In this document: positions 1 through 10,178 of the stretch, piece after piece
How the letters are laid out: every line of letters starts with the position of its first letter
Position numbering within the stretch: the first letter of the stretch is position 1
NCBI GenBank assembly: GCA_003331985.1
Contig: QOQK01000003.1
Coordinates: 808-64,807, forward strand
DNA length: 64,000 nucleotides
Direction: 5' to 3'
Origin: PS1 clade bacterium
Lineage (GTDB): Bacteria > Pseudomonadota > Alphaproteobacteria > RS24
The notes under the pieces: model-generated
The model's database searches: none
What the model saw: only the letters and a program-made list of their open reading frames with translations
Told to the model about the DNA's origin: nothing
Made by a program: the position numbers and the translations under genes

Positions 1-1
1 C

Positions 2-916
2 GTCAAGTTAACTCTCATTGGCGCAACACTTTGCGGGGTTATTGGTATTTTCGTGCCTGAGGTGCTTGGCCTTGGTACAGAGACCGTTAGGGGGCTGTTA
101 TCTAACGAAATTGCCATGGATTATCTGGTTATTCTTTTAATTTTTAAAATTCTGGCGACTGCGCTCTGTATAGGTCTTGGTATGTTTGGAGGGGTTTTTT
201 CGCCAGCTATTTTCATCGGCGCGGTTTCGGGGGCTTTAATCGGGGCTATTCTGACGAGTCTGACCGGGAATAATCTCTTATTGGTGTTTACTATTGCCGG
301 CATGGCGGCGGTCACATCGCCGGTCGTTGGAGCTCCTATCTCGATTGTGATGGTCATTCTGGAACTCACAGCTTCGTATGATATGGCTTTAGTGTCATTA
401 GGGTCAGTTGTTACCTCGTCCCTGACTGTTTCAATCTTGTTTGGCTATTCTTTCTTTGACAGACAACTTCAAGACCGTGGCATAGATATCAGACGGGGGC
501 GCGGGCATCTCGGATTGATGGAGACCTCGGTCGGTACAATAGTGACTAATGAATTCTTACGGCTGGAGGAAACTGACAATAATGCTACTGCCATCGATAA
601 AATGGTGGCGGCAGATGTTACCGAAGCTTATCTGCTGGATGACAAAGATATCTTCATAGGCAAAATCATCATCACTGATATTGTTAAGGAAGCACCGGAT
701 GCCTTTGTTATGAATTATTTATTGGATAATCCTCTTTCTATTAAGAGCGATGCGTCGCTCCAACAATGTATAGAAGTCGCCAGTGAATTTGTCGGAGAAA
801 CAATTCCGATTATTGATCGCAAATCAAATACTTTGATGGGTGTAGTGAGTGAAGCGGATATATTCCAAGCTTATTTGAAGCTGCAAAATACCGTTATTGA
901 TTTAGAAACAAAATAG
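2..916 (+). CDS. CLC-family chloride channel with C-terminal CBS domains (5' partial)
   Basis: Frame is open from the window edge; contains the GGVFSP CLC motif, hydrophobic helices and a CBS-like C-terminus (IPIIDRKSNTLMGVVSEADI). Confidence 0.85.
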   Translation, partial: VKLTLIGATLCGVIGIFVPEVLGLGTETVRGLLSNEIAMDYLVILLIFKILATALCIGLGMFGGVFSPAIFIGAVSGALIGAILTSLTGNNLLLVFTIAGMAAVTSPVVGAPISIVMVILELTASYDMALVSLGSVVTSSLTVSILFGYSFFDRQLQDRGIDIRRGRGHLGLMETSVGTIVTNEFLRLEETDNNATAIDKMVAADVTEAYLLDDKDIFIGKIIITDIVKEAPDAFVMNYLLDNPLSIKSDASLQQCIEVASEFVGETIPIIDRKSNTLMGVVSEADIFQAYLKLQNTVIDLETK

Positions 917-919
917 CAG

Positions 920-1354
920 TTAGGCAATCAAGTCTGTTGTGCTTTTAAAGCGCGGCATGTCATTGATTTGGGCCGATGTATAGAGCCTCTTCACCGCTGC
1001 AATATTGTGACTGATATTTTCAGCCATCAGCGCTTTGGCAATAACGATATTCTCGCTAACAACTGCTGAGGGTGCAAGCCTTGGTGATCGCACAACATAT
1101 TCGCGATTATTTGTGCCTGTATGTTCAGTTTTCTCACCTTGATAAACCGGTGATAGCCGACTGCTGGAAGCGGGATTATGCACAGGTAAAGTTGCGATGG
1201 ATGTTCTTGTTGGAGAAGTGACATCGCTTGGCATGGGTATTGCAAATGGTGAGTTGTAAAAGCTTGTTTGAGCTTTTGCAGAAAAAACTGAAGCTTTGCC
1301 AGTGAGTGATTGATTGGCAAGCGGAATATTCGAAACAGGATTTGCGTAAACCAT
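920..1354 (-). CDS. Hypothetical protein (Ser/Pro/Thr-rich)
   Basis: 144-aa ORF filling the gap between the CLC gene and fliS; no recognisable domain. Confidence 0.5.
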   Translation of the reverse strand: MVYANPVSNIPLANQSLTGKASVFSAKAQTSFYNSPFAIPMPSDVTSPTRTSIATLPVHNPASSSRLSPVYQGEKTEHTGTNNREYVVRSPRLAPSAVVSENIVIAKALMAENISHNIAAVKRLYTSAQINDMPRFKSTTDLIA

Positions 1355-1415
1355 TTTGAAACTTTAACAATTTTTTTGCTAATTTCAATATATAGTATGC
1401 ATTTTAGGAAGACTT

Positions 1416-1814
1416 ATGAACCTCAAAAAAGCCTCTCAAACCTATCAAAAAATCGAGGAACAATCCTTTGTAGAGCCCGAAGATACTCATACAATTGTTC
1501 TCACGATGTTAAAAGAGCTCATCAGGTCGATTGATTTGTTTGAGGCGAATATCGATTTGAAAGAAGGCGATCAGCAAATTAAGTCCAAACATTTTTCGCG
1601 TGCGCTAACCATTATTTATGCGCTTCAGTCCAGTCTGGATTTCGAAAAGGGCGGTGAAATCGCCAGAGGTTTATTCCAGCTTTATGAATATTGCCGCCAG
1701 CAATTGCTCAAAGATATGAAAAACGGCAAGATTGAGAAAACCAATAATGCCAAACTATCCTTGATTGAAATTACTGAGGCCTGGGAAGAAATAGGGCAGA
1801 CACATGCTGGATAA
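1416..1814 (+). CDS. fliS: Flagellin chaperone FliS
   Basis: LQSSLDFEKGGEIARGLFQLYEY and EITEAWEEI are FliS hallmarks; AGGA SD upstream. Confidence 0.9.
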   Translation: MNLKKASQTYQKIEEQSFVEPEDTHTIVLTMLKELIRSIDLFEANIDLKEGDQQIKSKHFSRALTIIYALQSSLDFEKGGEIARGLFQLYEYCRQQLLKDMKNGKIEKTNNAKLSLIEITEAWEEIGQTHAG

Positions 1815-2091
1815 ATTCAAAGAAAAACTTAGCGATATGAATTTGGCTATCCGTGAAGCCATAAAATCTGCTGATTTTGAAAAAGCTCAAGCTCTCGATA
1901 ATGAGAGACAATATTTCATCATTACGGCCATGAAGGATGAGACGTTTTCACCGGATGATGAATTTGTGGAATTTTTAGAAAATTGCGCGAAAGAAAATGC
2001 GGAACTGGTTTCAGAACTGGAAGCCAGAATTATTAAGCTGTCCTCAGCGACACATAAAACAGGTCAAATGATGAAGGCCTATAATATATAG
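1804..2091 (+). CDS. Small helical flagellar protein, FliT-like by position
   Basis: 95 aa, overlaps the fliS stop; helical, with LDNERQ motif and C-terminal KAY reminiscent of FliT. Confidence 0.5.
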   Translation: MLDKFKEKLSDMNLAIREAIKSADFEKAQALDNERQYFIITAMKDETFSPDDEFVEFLENCAKENAELVSELEARIIKLSSATHKTGQMMKAYNI

Positions 2092-3180
2092 CTAGCTGAT
2101 ATTAGGTCTTTCTATCATCAGCTTTTTCATTTTTTCGATAAGCGTCGTGCGGCGCAATTTCAAAGCTTCGGCTGCGCCAGTGATTTGCCCTTCTTTTTTG
2201 CGGAGGGCGGCTTCAATCAACACAATCTCCACCTCCTGCAGATGTCTTCGTAAATCAATCGTGTCGAAATACGAAAACCAGTCATTATAACTTGCGGGCG
2301 CAGGCAAAGGCGGCTTATCTGAAATGAGTGCGTCGAGATCAATTGAATTAAGATTACCAGTTTCTTCCCACAGGGCTTCAAGTTCTTCTGCTTCATCAGG
2401 GACTTTAAGGCGTAATAAGTTCTCACGGACTTCCTTGCCGGTAATCTCTTTTTGCGGAAAAAGCACAATTGCGCGTTCCAAAACATTCCGCAACTCGCGA
2501 ACATTGCCAGGCCAGTTATAACGCGATAACTCCGAAAGCGCAGTCTCGTCAAACAGTGGCGGCTTGCTATTTTGGGTTTCGCATATAGCGTCACAAATGG
2601 AACTAATGAGATCGGGAATATCAACGCTTCTTTCTGCAAGTGTAGGCACTTGCACAGGGAAGACGTTAATCCTGAAAAATAAATCAGCGCGAAACTTACC
2701 TTCATCAACATAAGCTTGCAGGTTTTGGTGGGTCGCACAAATAAGCCTAAAGTTCACTTTTATATCTTTATTGCCGCCGACTCTTTGAATAGTGCGGTTT
2801 TCAATAGCGCGGAGCAACTTAGTCTGAAGTGACAAATTCATATCACCGATTTCGTCCAAGAATAATGTGCCCTCATTAGCCAGTTCAAAGCGTCCCTTCC
2901 GATCAGTTTCAGCACCGGTGAAGGCACCTTTTTCATGACCGAATAGCTCCGATTCCAACAATTCAGTTGGAATGGCAGCGCAATTAATGGAGATAAGGGG
3001 CCCTTTTCGACCGGATAGGGCGTGTATAGCCCGTGCAACGACATCTTTACCTGAACCGGTCTGACCCTGAATAAGGACTGTACTATCGGCAGGAGCCAGA
3101 ATGTCGATGAGCCGACGCAACTCTTTGGTTGCTGCGGACTGGCCAGCAATAAATTCATCAACGCTCGTCTGACCCGACAT
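2092..3180 (-). CDS. fleQ: Sigma54 enhancer-binding protein, FleQ-like master flagellar regulator lacking an N-terminal sensory domain
   Basis: Walker A GQTGSGKD, ESELFGHEKGAFTGA, WPGNVRELRN and C-terminal Fis HTH (AAEALKLRRTTLIEKMKKL). The AAA+ domain starts about 10 aa from the N-terminus. Confidence 0.8.
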   Translation of the reverse strand: MSGQTSVDEFIAGQSAATKELRRLIDILAPADSTVLIQGQTGSGKDVVARAIHALSGRKGPLISINCAAIPTELLESELFGHEKGAFTGAETDRKGRFELANEGTLFLDEIGDMNLSLQTKLLRAIENRTIQRVGGNKDIKVNFRLICATHQNLQAYVDEGKFRADLFFRINVFPVQVPTLAERSVDIPDLISSICDAICETQNSKPPLFDETALSELSRYNWPGNVRELRNVLERAIVLFPQKEITGKEVRENLLRLKVPDEAEELEALWEETGNLNSIDLDALISDKPPLPAPASYNDWFSYFDTIDLRRHLQEVEIVLIEAALRKKEGQITGAAEALKLRRTTLIEKMKKLMIERPNIS

Positions 3181-3218
3181 AACTTTTTTTAAACCTGAAT
3201 AAAACTCTTACACAACAA

Positions 3219-3277
3219 GGTGTCAAACTCACGACACCAAAACGCAAACTCTCATATTATGTGTCAGAAAATTGAAC
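3219..3277. promoter_or_regulatory. Putative FleQ enhancer boxes (GTC-N8-GAC)
   Basis: GGTGTC-AAACTCAC-GACACC at 3219-3238 and GTC-AGAAAATT-GAA at 3263-3276, in the fleQ/fleT intergenic region. Confidence 0.6.
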
Positions 3278-3372
3278 CTTCGTCCAGAGAAAGGAGTCGA
3301 AAAGTTTTGTCTATTGAGCCAAGGTGTTGAAATATATGGATATTTAATTTTTTTATAAAACTGTTACCGGTT

Positions 3373-3388
3373 TGGCGCGGTTTTTGCC
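3373..3388 (+). promoter_or_regulatory. Sigma54 -24/-12 promoter of the fleT-fliEFGHIJ operon
   Basis: TGGCGCGGTTTTTGCC, with exact GG-N10-GC spacing. Confidence 0.85.
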
Positions 3389-3419
3389 TAACCCCTTACC
3401 AGAGGGAAAGGAGATCCAA

Positions 3420-4598
3420 ATGACTCTCTTAGCAATCAATTCTTTTGGCCTGAAACTGGCGCAGCCGATTGGTGATGTTTTGACAACGCGTAAAATAACT
3501 TTTTTGGCATTTGATGCCAAAAATACTGATTTGCCGAGTGAGCTTTCAGCATGCGAACAATTTGTATGTTCTAACAAATATCTGGAAGCTGTAGGCGGTC
3601 TCGAAAAATTTGTCGAAATTTGCCGTGGTTTCAAAATCAAGAATATTACCGTTATTGATGAGAAAGCTGACAGTTTTTCGGTTAATACGGAACTGGGTGG
3701 CAAATTGGTTCATGTTTCCTTACCAAAGAGTACCTCAGACATTTCACCTGCACAAAATTATGGTCTGCAAATTATTGCAAGTATGATCGCTTCGGAAAAT
3801 CATGTCGCTGTAGGTGATGAAAGCTCCCTCACCATGCTTCGCCTTGCCAAGAAAGTGGCTGAGACTGATGTGACGGTCTTTATCAATGGCCCTACCGGAA
3901 CCGGTAAAGAAGTGCTGGCGCGCTTTGTTCATAACAATTCCAGCCGCAGTGACAATCCGTTTATCGCCATAAATTGCGCTGCCATTCCTGAAAATATGCT
4001 GGAAGCTATTCTCTTTGGCCATGAAAAAGGGGCTTTCACTGGGGCATCTACATCGAATAAGGGTATTTTCCGAGCCGCAGATACCGGGACATTGCTTCTG
4101 GATGAAATCTCAGAAATGCCACTTTCCTTACAGGCCAAACTTTTGCGTGCCCTGCAAGAGAAATCTGTCACACCTATTGGGTCTAATGATGACGTTGCCG
4201 TAGATGTTCGTGTACTGGCAACAACTAACCGCGATATTCCGAGTGAAGTTCGTGCCGGTAATTTCCGTGAAGATCTTTACTACCGTTTAAACGTATTTCC
4301 ATTAAACACCATCAGTCTTTGCGAAAGGGCTGATGATATTATACCAATTAGCACCGTCCTGCTGCAACGCCATTGTAAAACAGCGGCAGAGTTGCCTTGG
4401 CTGGATGAGAGTGCTGTCAAAGTCCTTACTGATTATGAATGGCCGGGCAATGTCCGTGAATTAGAAAATGTTCTTCAACGGGCGCTGGTCCTTCATGAAA
4501 ACGGCTGCATCACCAAGTCAGATATCCTGACCGATATTCTTTCCACCACCATGCAGTCACGAGTCGATCAAGATACCAGACTTTCAGAAGTCGGTTAG
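3420..4598 (+). CDS. fleT: Sigma54 enhancer-binding protein without HTH, FleT-like
   Basis: GPTGTGKE, FGHEKGAFTGA and WPGNVRELEN; ends about 40 aa later with no HTH; first gene before fliE as in R. sphaeroides. Start moved to the ATG at 3420 after the AAGGAG SD, because the ORF-track start overlaps the promoter. Confidence 0.8.
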   Translation: MTLLAINSFGLKLAQPIGDVLTTRKITFLAFDAKNTDLPSELSACEQFVCSNKYLEAVGGLEKFVEICRGFKIKNITVIDEKADSFSVNTELGGKLVHVSLPKSTSDISPAQNYGLQIIASMIASENHVAVGDESSLTMLRLAKKVAETDVTVFINGPTGTGKEVLARFVHNNSSRSDNPFIAINCAAIPENMLEAILFGHEKGAFTGASTSNKGIFRAADTGTLLLDEISEMPLSLQAKLLRALQEKSVTPIGSNDDVAVDVRVLATTNRDIPSEVRAGNFREDLYYRLNVFPLNTISLCERADDIIPISTVLLQRHCKTAAELPWLDESAVKVLTDYEWPGNVRELENVLQRALVLHENGCITKSDILTDILSTTMQSRVDQDTRLSEVG

Positions 4599-4607
4599 GA
4601 GAGCATT

Positions 4608-4919
4608 ATGATAGAGGTAAAATCAGTAGGGTCATCTTCGTCGCTTCACCAAAAGGTTCTGGAGCGCACAAGCCAATCTCTTAATACGGATGATAATACG
4701 CCATCATTTGTCAGCCGTGTGGGTGACGCGATAAAGGATGTTGCAGAATCTCAGAATATTAGTGGTGATATCACTAAAGCCTATGAGCTTGGTGAGGAAA
4801 CAGATTTGGCAAAAGTCATGGTTACGCAACAGGTGTCCTCTCTGGGTTTCCAGATGACGCTGAACATCCGAAATAAAGTTTTAAGTGCCTATAAGGATAT
4901 TATGAATATGCCGGTTTAA
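4608..4919 (+). CDS. fliE: Flagellar hook-basal body protein FliE
   Basis: C-terminal IRNKVLSAYKDIMNMPV. Confidence 0.95.
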   Translation: MIEVKSVGSSSSLHQKVLERTSQSLNTDDNTPSFVSRVGDAIKDVAESQNISGDITKAYELGEETDLAKVMVTQQVSSLGFQMTLNIRNKVLSAYKDIMNMPV

Positions 4920-4944
4920 TCCGGGATTTCTTTAGGGGAAAGTT

Positions 4945-6666
4945 ATGTCAGAGACTACGATTACATCCGTTCAAACAAGCGTTGATCCGTCACAAGGACA
5001 GGTCAAGCAGATGATCAGTAAGGTTCAGAATTTTGTGAATGAACCAAGTGTACAAAGATCACTACCAACACTTATGGCAGTAATAGTGTGTTTTGTGGGG
5101 CTTATGGCTTATTTGCTGCTCCAGAAACCATCACGCACAACATTATACAATTCCTTGCCGGAAGCTGAAAAAATGCGTGTTGTTGACGCTTTGAAAAATG
5201 CCGGTGTTGATGTGATGCTTGATCCAACAACGGGTGAGGTCATGGTGCCTACTACGGATTACCATAATTCGCGTATCATGCTTGCTGCACAAGGTCTCCC
5301 CTCTTCGGTGCCGGAAGGTTATTCCGGGTTGAATGATATGCCCATGGGCACCAGCCGTTCAGTTGAAAGCATGCATATTAAAAATGCTCAGGAGCTGGAA
5401 TTAGCCCGCTCTATAAGTGAAATTGATACTGTTTTGGCCGCGCGGGTACATTTAGCTTTGCCGGAAAAATCAGTATTTGTGCGGAGCAATCCCGATCCGA
5501 CAGCCTCAGTATTTTTACAACTTGCTCACGGACGCTCACTCGGCAGAACCCAAGTGGAAGCTATTATTCATCTTGTTTCTTCATCCGTACCGGGGCTAAA
5601 TAAAGAGAACGTGACCGTAATTGATCAAAACGGGGCTTTGTTGTCCCGCACAGCGGATGACCCGGACTCAATTCTCTCAGACTCGCAGCTGGAATATAAA
5701 ATGCGCCTTGAGGGTATTTACCGTCACCGTGTTGTCTCGATTTTGACACCGATTGTTGGTGCCGGAAATGTGAATGCGCAAATTAATATTGATTTTGACT
5801 TCACCCGTACTGATAGAACCGAGGAAATTGTTGACCCCAATGGTAATGCGTTGCGGAGTGAGCAGAAGACACTTGATCAAACCTCTGATTTAACTGCTAA
5901 AGGTATACCGGGTGCAGTAACCAATACTCCACCGACAAAGGCCGAGCTTGAAATTGAAGCGGGTCAAGGCGGTGGAGGCGCCGGTGGACAGTTGCAAACA
6001 CGTTCTACCAGTGAGGTACGTAACTTTGAGGTAAGTCGTACGGTTTCAACTACTCAGAATCCGCGCGTGCAGATTGAACGCATGTTTGCCTCAGTTTTGG
6101 TTAGTGATAAATTGGTCGTAGACCCTGAAACCAATCTGGAAGTCAGACAGCCATTGTCTCAAGAAGAGATTGAGCGTATTGAAACTTTAGTCAAAGACTC
6201 AATTGGTTTTGATGATGAACGTGGTGACAGTGTTACTGTAAGAAGTGCTGAGTTTGTTGATACATTGATGGGAGCTGCCGTTCCATGGTATGAAAAGTCA
6301 TGGTTTGAGGAAGTTTCGCGTCAGATTACAACAATCGTGATTCTTGCTATTGTTGCCCTTGGGGTGATGCGTCCGCTTCTGTCCAGAATCCTTGTGCCAG
6401 TTGGTGCCGTACCACCTGGAATGTCTGCAGCAGGCGGTGATGATGATATTGATATTGATACTGTAGAAGTAGGTGAAGGTGAAAGCCTCGAGGATATTAA
6501 AGCCAAGCTCAAGCCTAAAAAGGCTGCCATATCCGCTGAAATGCTTGATACCGCTAACACCTATGATGACAAGGTCGCTGTCATTCGTATGATTGTTTCT
6601 GATGAAGCTGGCCGTGTGTCTAATGTCTTTAAGAACATGATGCGTCAAGATATGGACAATCTTTAA
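4945..6666 (+). CDS. fliF: MS-ring protein FliF
   Basis: Two TM segments; ARVHLALPEKSVF, SSSVPGL, GIPGAVTNTPP and RGDSVTV motifs. Confidence 0.97.
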   Translation: MSETTITSVQTSVDPSQGQVKQMISKVQNFVNEPSVQRSLPTLMAVIVCFVGLMAYLLLQKPSRTTLYNSLPEAEKMRVVDALKNAGVDVMLDPTTGEVMVPTTDYHNSRIMLAAQGLPSSVPEGYSGLNDMPMGTSRSVESMHIKNAQELELARSISEIDTVLAARVHLALPEKSVFVRSNPDPTASVFLQLAHGRSLGRTQVEAIIHLVSSSVPGLNKENVTVIDQNGALLSRTADDPDSILSDSQLEYKMRLEGIYRHRVVSILTPIVGAGNVNAQINIDFDFTRTDRTEEIVDPNGNALRSEQKTLDQTSDLTAKGIPGAVTNTPPTKAELEIEAGQGGGGAGGQLQTRSTSEVRNFEVSRTVSTTQNPRVQIERMFASVLVSDKLVVDPETNLEVRQPLSQEEIERIETLVKDSIGFDDERGDSVTVRSAEFVDTLMGAAVPWYEKSWFEEVSRQITTIVILAIVALGVMRPLLSRILVPVGAVPPGMSAAGGDDDIDIDTVEVGEGESLEDIKAKLKPKKAAISAEMLDTANTYDDKVAVIRMIVSDEAGRVSNVFKNMMRQDMDNL

Positions 6667-6676
6667 GATTGGTTGC

Positions 6677-6704
6677 GTAAGGTAAGGTAAGGTAAGGTAA
6701 GGAG
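6677..6704 (+). repeat. (GTAAG)5 tandem repeat ending in the fliG Shine-Dalgarno TAAGGAG
   Basis: gtaaggtaaggtaaggtaaggtaaggag read directly from the sequence. Confidence 0.85.
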
Positions 6705-6712
6705 TACAAGTT

Positions 6713-7753
6713 ATGTCCGAAATTGCTCAAAAAGAAATGGATGCTGATGACATCTACTCACAGCTCACTGGAACGCAAAAATCTGCGATTCTAATGATGC
6801 TACTGGGCGAGGAAGAGGCCTCAGAAATTCTAAAAAATCTCGGGCCAAAAGAAGTTCAGCATCTAGGTAGTGCAATGTATTCTGTGCAGGGTCTTGATCA
6901 GGATACCGTTAACAGAGTGCTTGACGAGTTTCTTGATATTATCAAAGAGCAGACCAGTCTTGGTTTAGGTGCCGGCAATTATATTCGTAATGTGTTGATG
7001 AAAGCGTTGGGCGAAGATAAGGCGCAATCTGTATTGAGCCGTATCACCCCCTCTAGCAGTGATCGTCCGATTGAAATCCTAGACTGGATGGACGCCCGTG
7101 CAATTTCTGAGCTGATTGTCGATGAACATCCGCAGATAATTGCCCTCATTATTTCCTATCTTGATTTCTCCATGGGTGCAGATGTGCTCAATCTTCTCCC
7201 GGATGACCTTCAGCCAGAAATTATCCGCCGGATTGCAACGCTCGAAACGGTTCAACCCGATGCGTTGCGTGAACTTGAAGATGTGATGCAGAGAAAGTTT
7301 AAGGCGAATACAACATTGCGTGCCACTCAGGTTGGCGGTGTAAAAGCTGCTGCGAAAATTATGAACTTTACCAATCAGAATATGGAAGCCCGTATAATGA
7401 AAAATATTGGTAAGGACGATAAAATTCTGATGCAATCCATTCAAGAAAGCATGTTCGTCTTTGAGACACTAATTATGTCTGATGATAAATCGCTCCAAAC
7501 ATTATTACGTAATGTTGAGGCTGAACTTATTGTTCTGGCCCTTAAAGGTGCAGACGAGGCCTTGAGAGATAAATTGTTTTCATGCATGTCCAGCCGAGCT
7601 GCCGCGAATATAATGGATGAGATGGAAGCACTAGGCCCAGTGAGACTAGCAGAAGTCCAGGATGCACAAAAGCAAGTTATTGCTGTAGCGAGACGCCTGT
7701 CTGATGAAGGCACGATTGTTCTTGCCGGTCGCGGTGGAGATGATTTCGTTTAA
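6713..7753 (+). CDS. fliG: Motor switch protein FliG
   Basis: QKSAILMMLLGEE, EHPQIIA, GGVKAAAKIMN, MFVFE and GPVRLAEVQDAQ. Confidence 0.97.
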   Translation: MSEIAQKEMDADDIYSQLTGTQKSAILMMLLGEEEASEILKNLGPKEVQHLGSAMYSVQGLDQDTVNRVLDEFLDIIKEQTSLGLGAGNYIRNVLMKALGEDKAQSVLSRITPSSSDRPIEILDWMDARAISELIVDEHPQIIALIISYLDFSMGADVLNLLPDDLQPEIIRRIATLETVQPDALRELEDVMQRKFKANTTLRATQVGGVKAAAKIMNFTNQNMEARIMKNIGKDDKILMQSIQESMFVFETLIMSDDKSLQTLLRNVEAELIVLALKGADEALRDKLFSCMSSRAAANIMDEMEALGPVRLAEVQDAQKQVIAVARRLSDEGTIVLAGRGGDDFV

Positions 7754-7792
7754 TCCGAACTGTCGGATGAGCGCTTTTGATTGAGTTTTTTG

Positions 7793-8857
7793 ATGAGTGA
7801 ACTTTTTGAACAAGATCTGACCCCTTTAGCCCCTCAGGAGATTGAGCGGTTGCTAAAGCAGTCGCGTGACGCTGGATTTCACTTGGATGAAAACGCGCCG
7901 CGCAAACAGCGTGGGGATTTTAAGAAAAGTAACCTGATCGAAATTGCTCGTGCGGTTTCTGATGAAAAAGATGCAGAGTCTTCACCTTCACCTGATGAGA
8001 AAGCGTCTGGTGAGGCAGTTACCCCTGAAAATGAGGCATCTGTCAGTCAAACCACTTCTTCAGCTGGTGAAGATAAGCCCAATGAAACGGATAGCCTAGC
8101 TGTTGAAGCCGATCAAGTTGAACTGACACATGAAGAAGCTTTGAACAAAGCTTTTGAGGATGGAAAATCTCGTGGATATGAAGATGGTCTTACAGCAGGT
8201 CGAACGGAAGGCAAAGAACAAGGTAAGGAGCTAGGCCGAACTGAAGGTATGGCTGAAGGTAAGGTCGAGGGGGGCAATGAGGCCGAAGCCCGTTTATCTG
8301 CACAAGTTTCTGCGTTGGAAAAATTAATTACCAATACGATTAATTCTGAAACCCTTGATGCAGGGTATTTACGTAACCTACTTGGTCAAAAAATTGCCGA
8401 ATTAGCTTCTGAGCGCGCAGGCAGTGAAATTACAATTGCGCCTGAAGGGTTTTCTGAAAAAATAGAAAAACTTCTCGATACAGTGAGCCATGCAACAGAA
8501 ACACCATTTATCTTTCTTAATGGCACGGATTATCAATCCGTCGCCCATTTATTGATTACGCGGGATAGTCTCAAAAAGGCCTCTATTCAAATCGACTCGT
8601 CTTTACAACCAGGAGATTTGCGCATTCAAATCGGGCATATCGGTTTGGAAGACAGGCTCACACAACGCCTAGGCCTGGAGGCAAGCGAGACTGAACCAAA
8701 AGCCGAGGAAAAGCTGGTTGAAATAGGCGAAACGCTCCAGAAACTTCTGGATGATGATGCTGACCAGTCAGATGAACAACCCAGCATAGAGTTTGAAAAA
8801 GACCAAGAAATTGACCTCTCCGACAGCAATGAAGGTGAGGAAAGCTCTGATGAGTAA
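7793..8857 (+). CDS. fliH: Flagellar export regulator FliH
   Basis: GxxxG repeat tract (GKSRGYEDGLTAGRTEG...); located between fliG and fliI. Confidence 0.85.
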   Translation: MSELFEQDLTPLAPQEIERLLKQSRDAGFHLDENAPRKQRGDFKKSNLIEIARAVSDEKDAESSPSPDEKASGEAVTPENEASVSQTTSSAGEDKPNETDSLAVEADQVELTHEEALNKAFEDGKSRGYEDGLTAGRTEGKEQGKELGRTEGMAEGKVEGGNEAEARLSAQVSALEKLITNTINSETLDAGYLRNLLGQKIAELASERAGSEITIAPEGFSEKIEKLLDTVSHATETPFIFLNGTDYQSVAHLLITRDSLKKASIQIDSSLQPGDLRIQIGHIGLEDRLTQRLGLEASETEPKAEEKLVEIGETLQKLLDDDADQSDEQPSIEFEKDQEIDLSDSNEGEESSDE

Positions 8858-10178
8858 GCTTATGTCGACCCTGTCAGAAGACTTGGAAAGTTTGACGCTC
8901 CGCAAGCCTGTTCTGTTATCGGGTCGAGTCAGCCGTTTTGATGGATCTATGATTTATTGTGACGGGTTTCCTGCCGGTATTGGCGCGTTATGCCATGTCG
9001 AGACAGATGGTGAGGAACATGCTGTTGCAGAAATCGTCGGGTTTGAGAATGGTAAAAATATTCTGTCTTTGCATGAATTGGGTGCGCGTATCAAAGTCGG
9101 TTCGCGCGTCACTTTAGTTGATGAGGGTGACAGCTTAATGGCCGGGGATGCTCTTATGGGGCGTGTGTTTGATGCACTCGGCAATCCAATTGATAATTTA
9201 CCCGATCCGGTACTCAGCGATAGCTGGCCGCTAATGGGCATGAAACTAAATCCTTTATCTCGCGCAACAATTGATAAACCAATGGATGTTGGTGTTCGCG
9301 CGATTAACAGTCTTCTCTCTGTCGGTCGTGGTCAGCGCCTCGGTATTATCGCCGGTTCAGGTGTCGGTAAGTCGGTTTTATTGGGCATGATGACTCGTTT
9401 CACTTCTGCTGATGTTGTCGTTGTTGGTCTGATTGGCGAACGAGGACGCGAGGTTGGCGAATTTGTCCGAACAGTTATGACCGATGAGACCCGAAAGCGC
9501 ACCATCGTGGTGGCTGTGCCCGCAAACCATTCGCCTTTGCTACGAATTCGAGGCGCATGCCGAGCGACAGCGATTGCAGAATATTTCCGTGACCAGGGCA
9601 AGGATGTCTTGCTTATTATGGACTCTCTCACTCGTGTTGCGCATGCTCAAAGAGAGATTGGTCTCGCCTTGGGAGAACAACCTACATCAAAAGGCTACCC
9701 ACCATCAGTTATCTCGCTTATTCCGCGATTGATTGAGCGAACAGGGACCGGCATGCCGGGGCAGGGGTCGATTACATCATTTTACACAGTTCTGGCGGAT
9801 GGCGATGATGCCAATGATCCGGTTGTCGATACGTCCAGAGCCATTCTTGATGGTCATATACTTTTGTCACGTGATAATGCCCAACTGGGAATTTACCCTG
9901 CGGTTGATATTCCATCTTCAATCAGTCGTGTGATGAATGATATTGCCGATGATGAACACCAGTTAGCCGCACGGCAGTTCAGAAGATTGGTGTCGCTTTA
10001 CACTGAAAATAGGGATTTATTCTTGATGGGTGGCTATGTGCAAGGGCAGGACCCTGAGCTGGATCTCGCGATTAAATTATGGCCTGATATTATCAGCCTC
10101 ATAAGTCAAAGCGCGTCTGAGAAAGCCAATTTCGGGGAAAGCCGTCAGGCATTGATTAATGTCATTGGGAATATGTGA
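8850..10178 (+). CDS. fliI: Flagellar export ATPase FliI
   Basis: AGSGVGKS, GLIGERGREV, DSLTR, GYPPSV and ILDGHI. The ATG at 8850 overlaps the fliH stop. Confidence 0.97.
   Translation: MSKLMSTLSEDLESLTLRKPVLLSGRVSRFDGSMIYCDGFPAGIGALCHVETDGEEHAVAEIVGFENGKNILSLHELGARIKVGSRVTLVDEGDSLMAGDALMGRVFDALGNPIDNLPDPVLSDSWPLMGMKLNPLSRATIDKPMDVGVRAINSLLSVGRGQRLGIIAGSGVGKSVLLGMMTRFTSADVVVVGLIGERGREVGEFVRTVMTDETRKRTIVVAVPANHSPLLRIRGACRATAIAEYFRDQGKDVLLIMDSLTRVAHAQREIGLALGEQPTSKGYPPSVISLIPRLIERTGTGMPGQGSITSFYTVLADGDDANDPVVDTSRAILDGHILLSRDNAQLGIYPAVDIPSSISRVMNDIADDEHQLAARQFRRLVSLYTENRDLFLMGGYVQGQDPELDLAIKLWPDIISLISQSASEKANFGESRQALINVIGNM

Noticed and set aside
1310-1415. Sigma54 or sigma28 promoter for fliS
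   Set aside because: TGGCAA at 1315 has no GC at the required spacing, and there is no convincing TAAA-N15-GCCGATAA.
3372-3419. ORF-track TTG start for fleT
   Set aside because: Overlaps the -24/-12 promoter; the ATG at 3420 has a proper SD.
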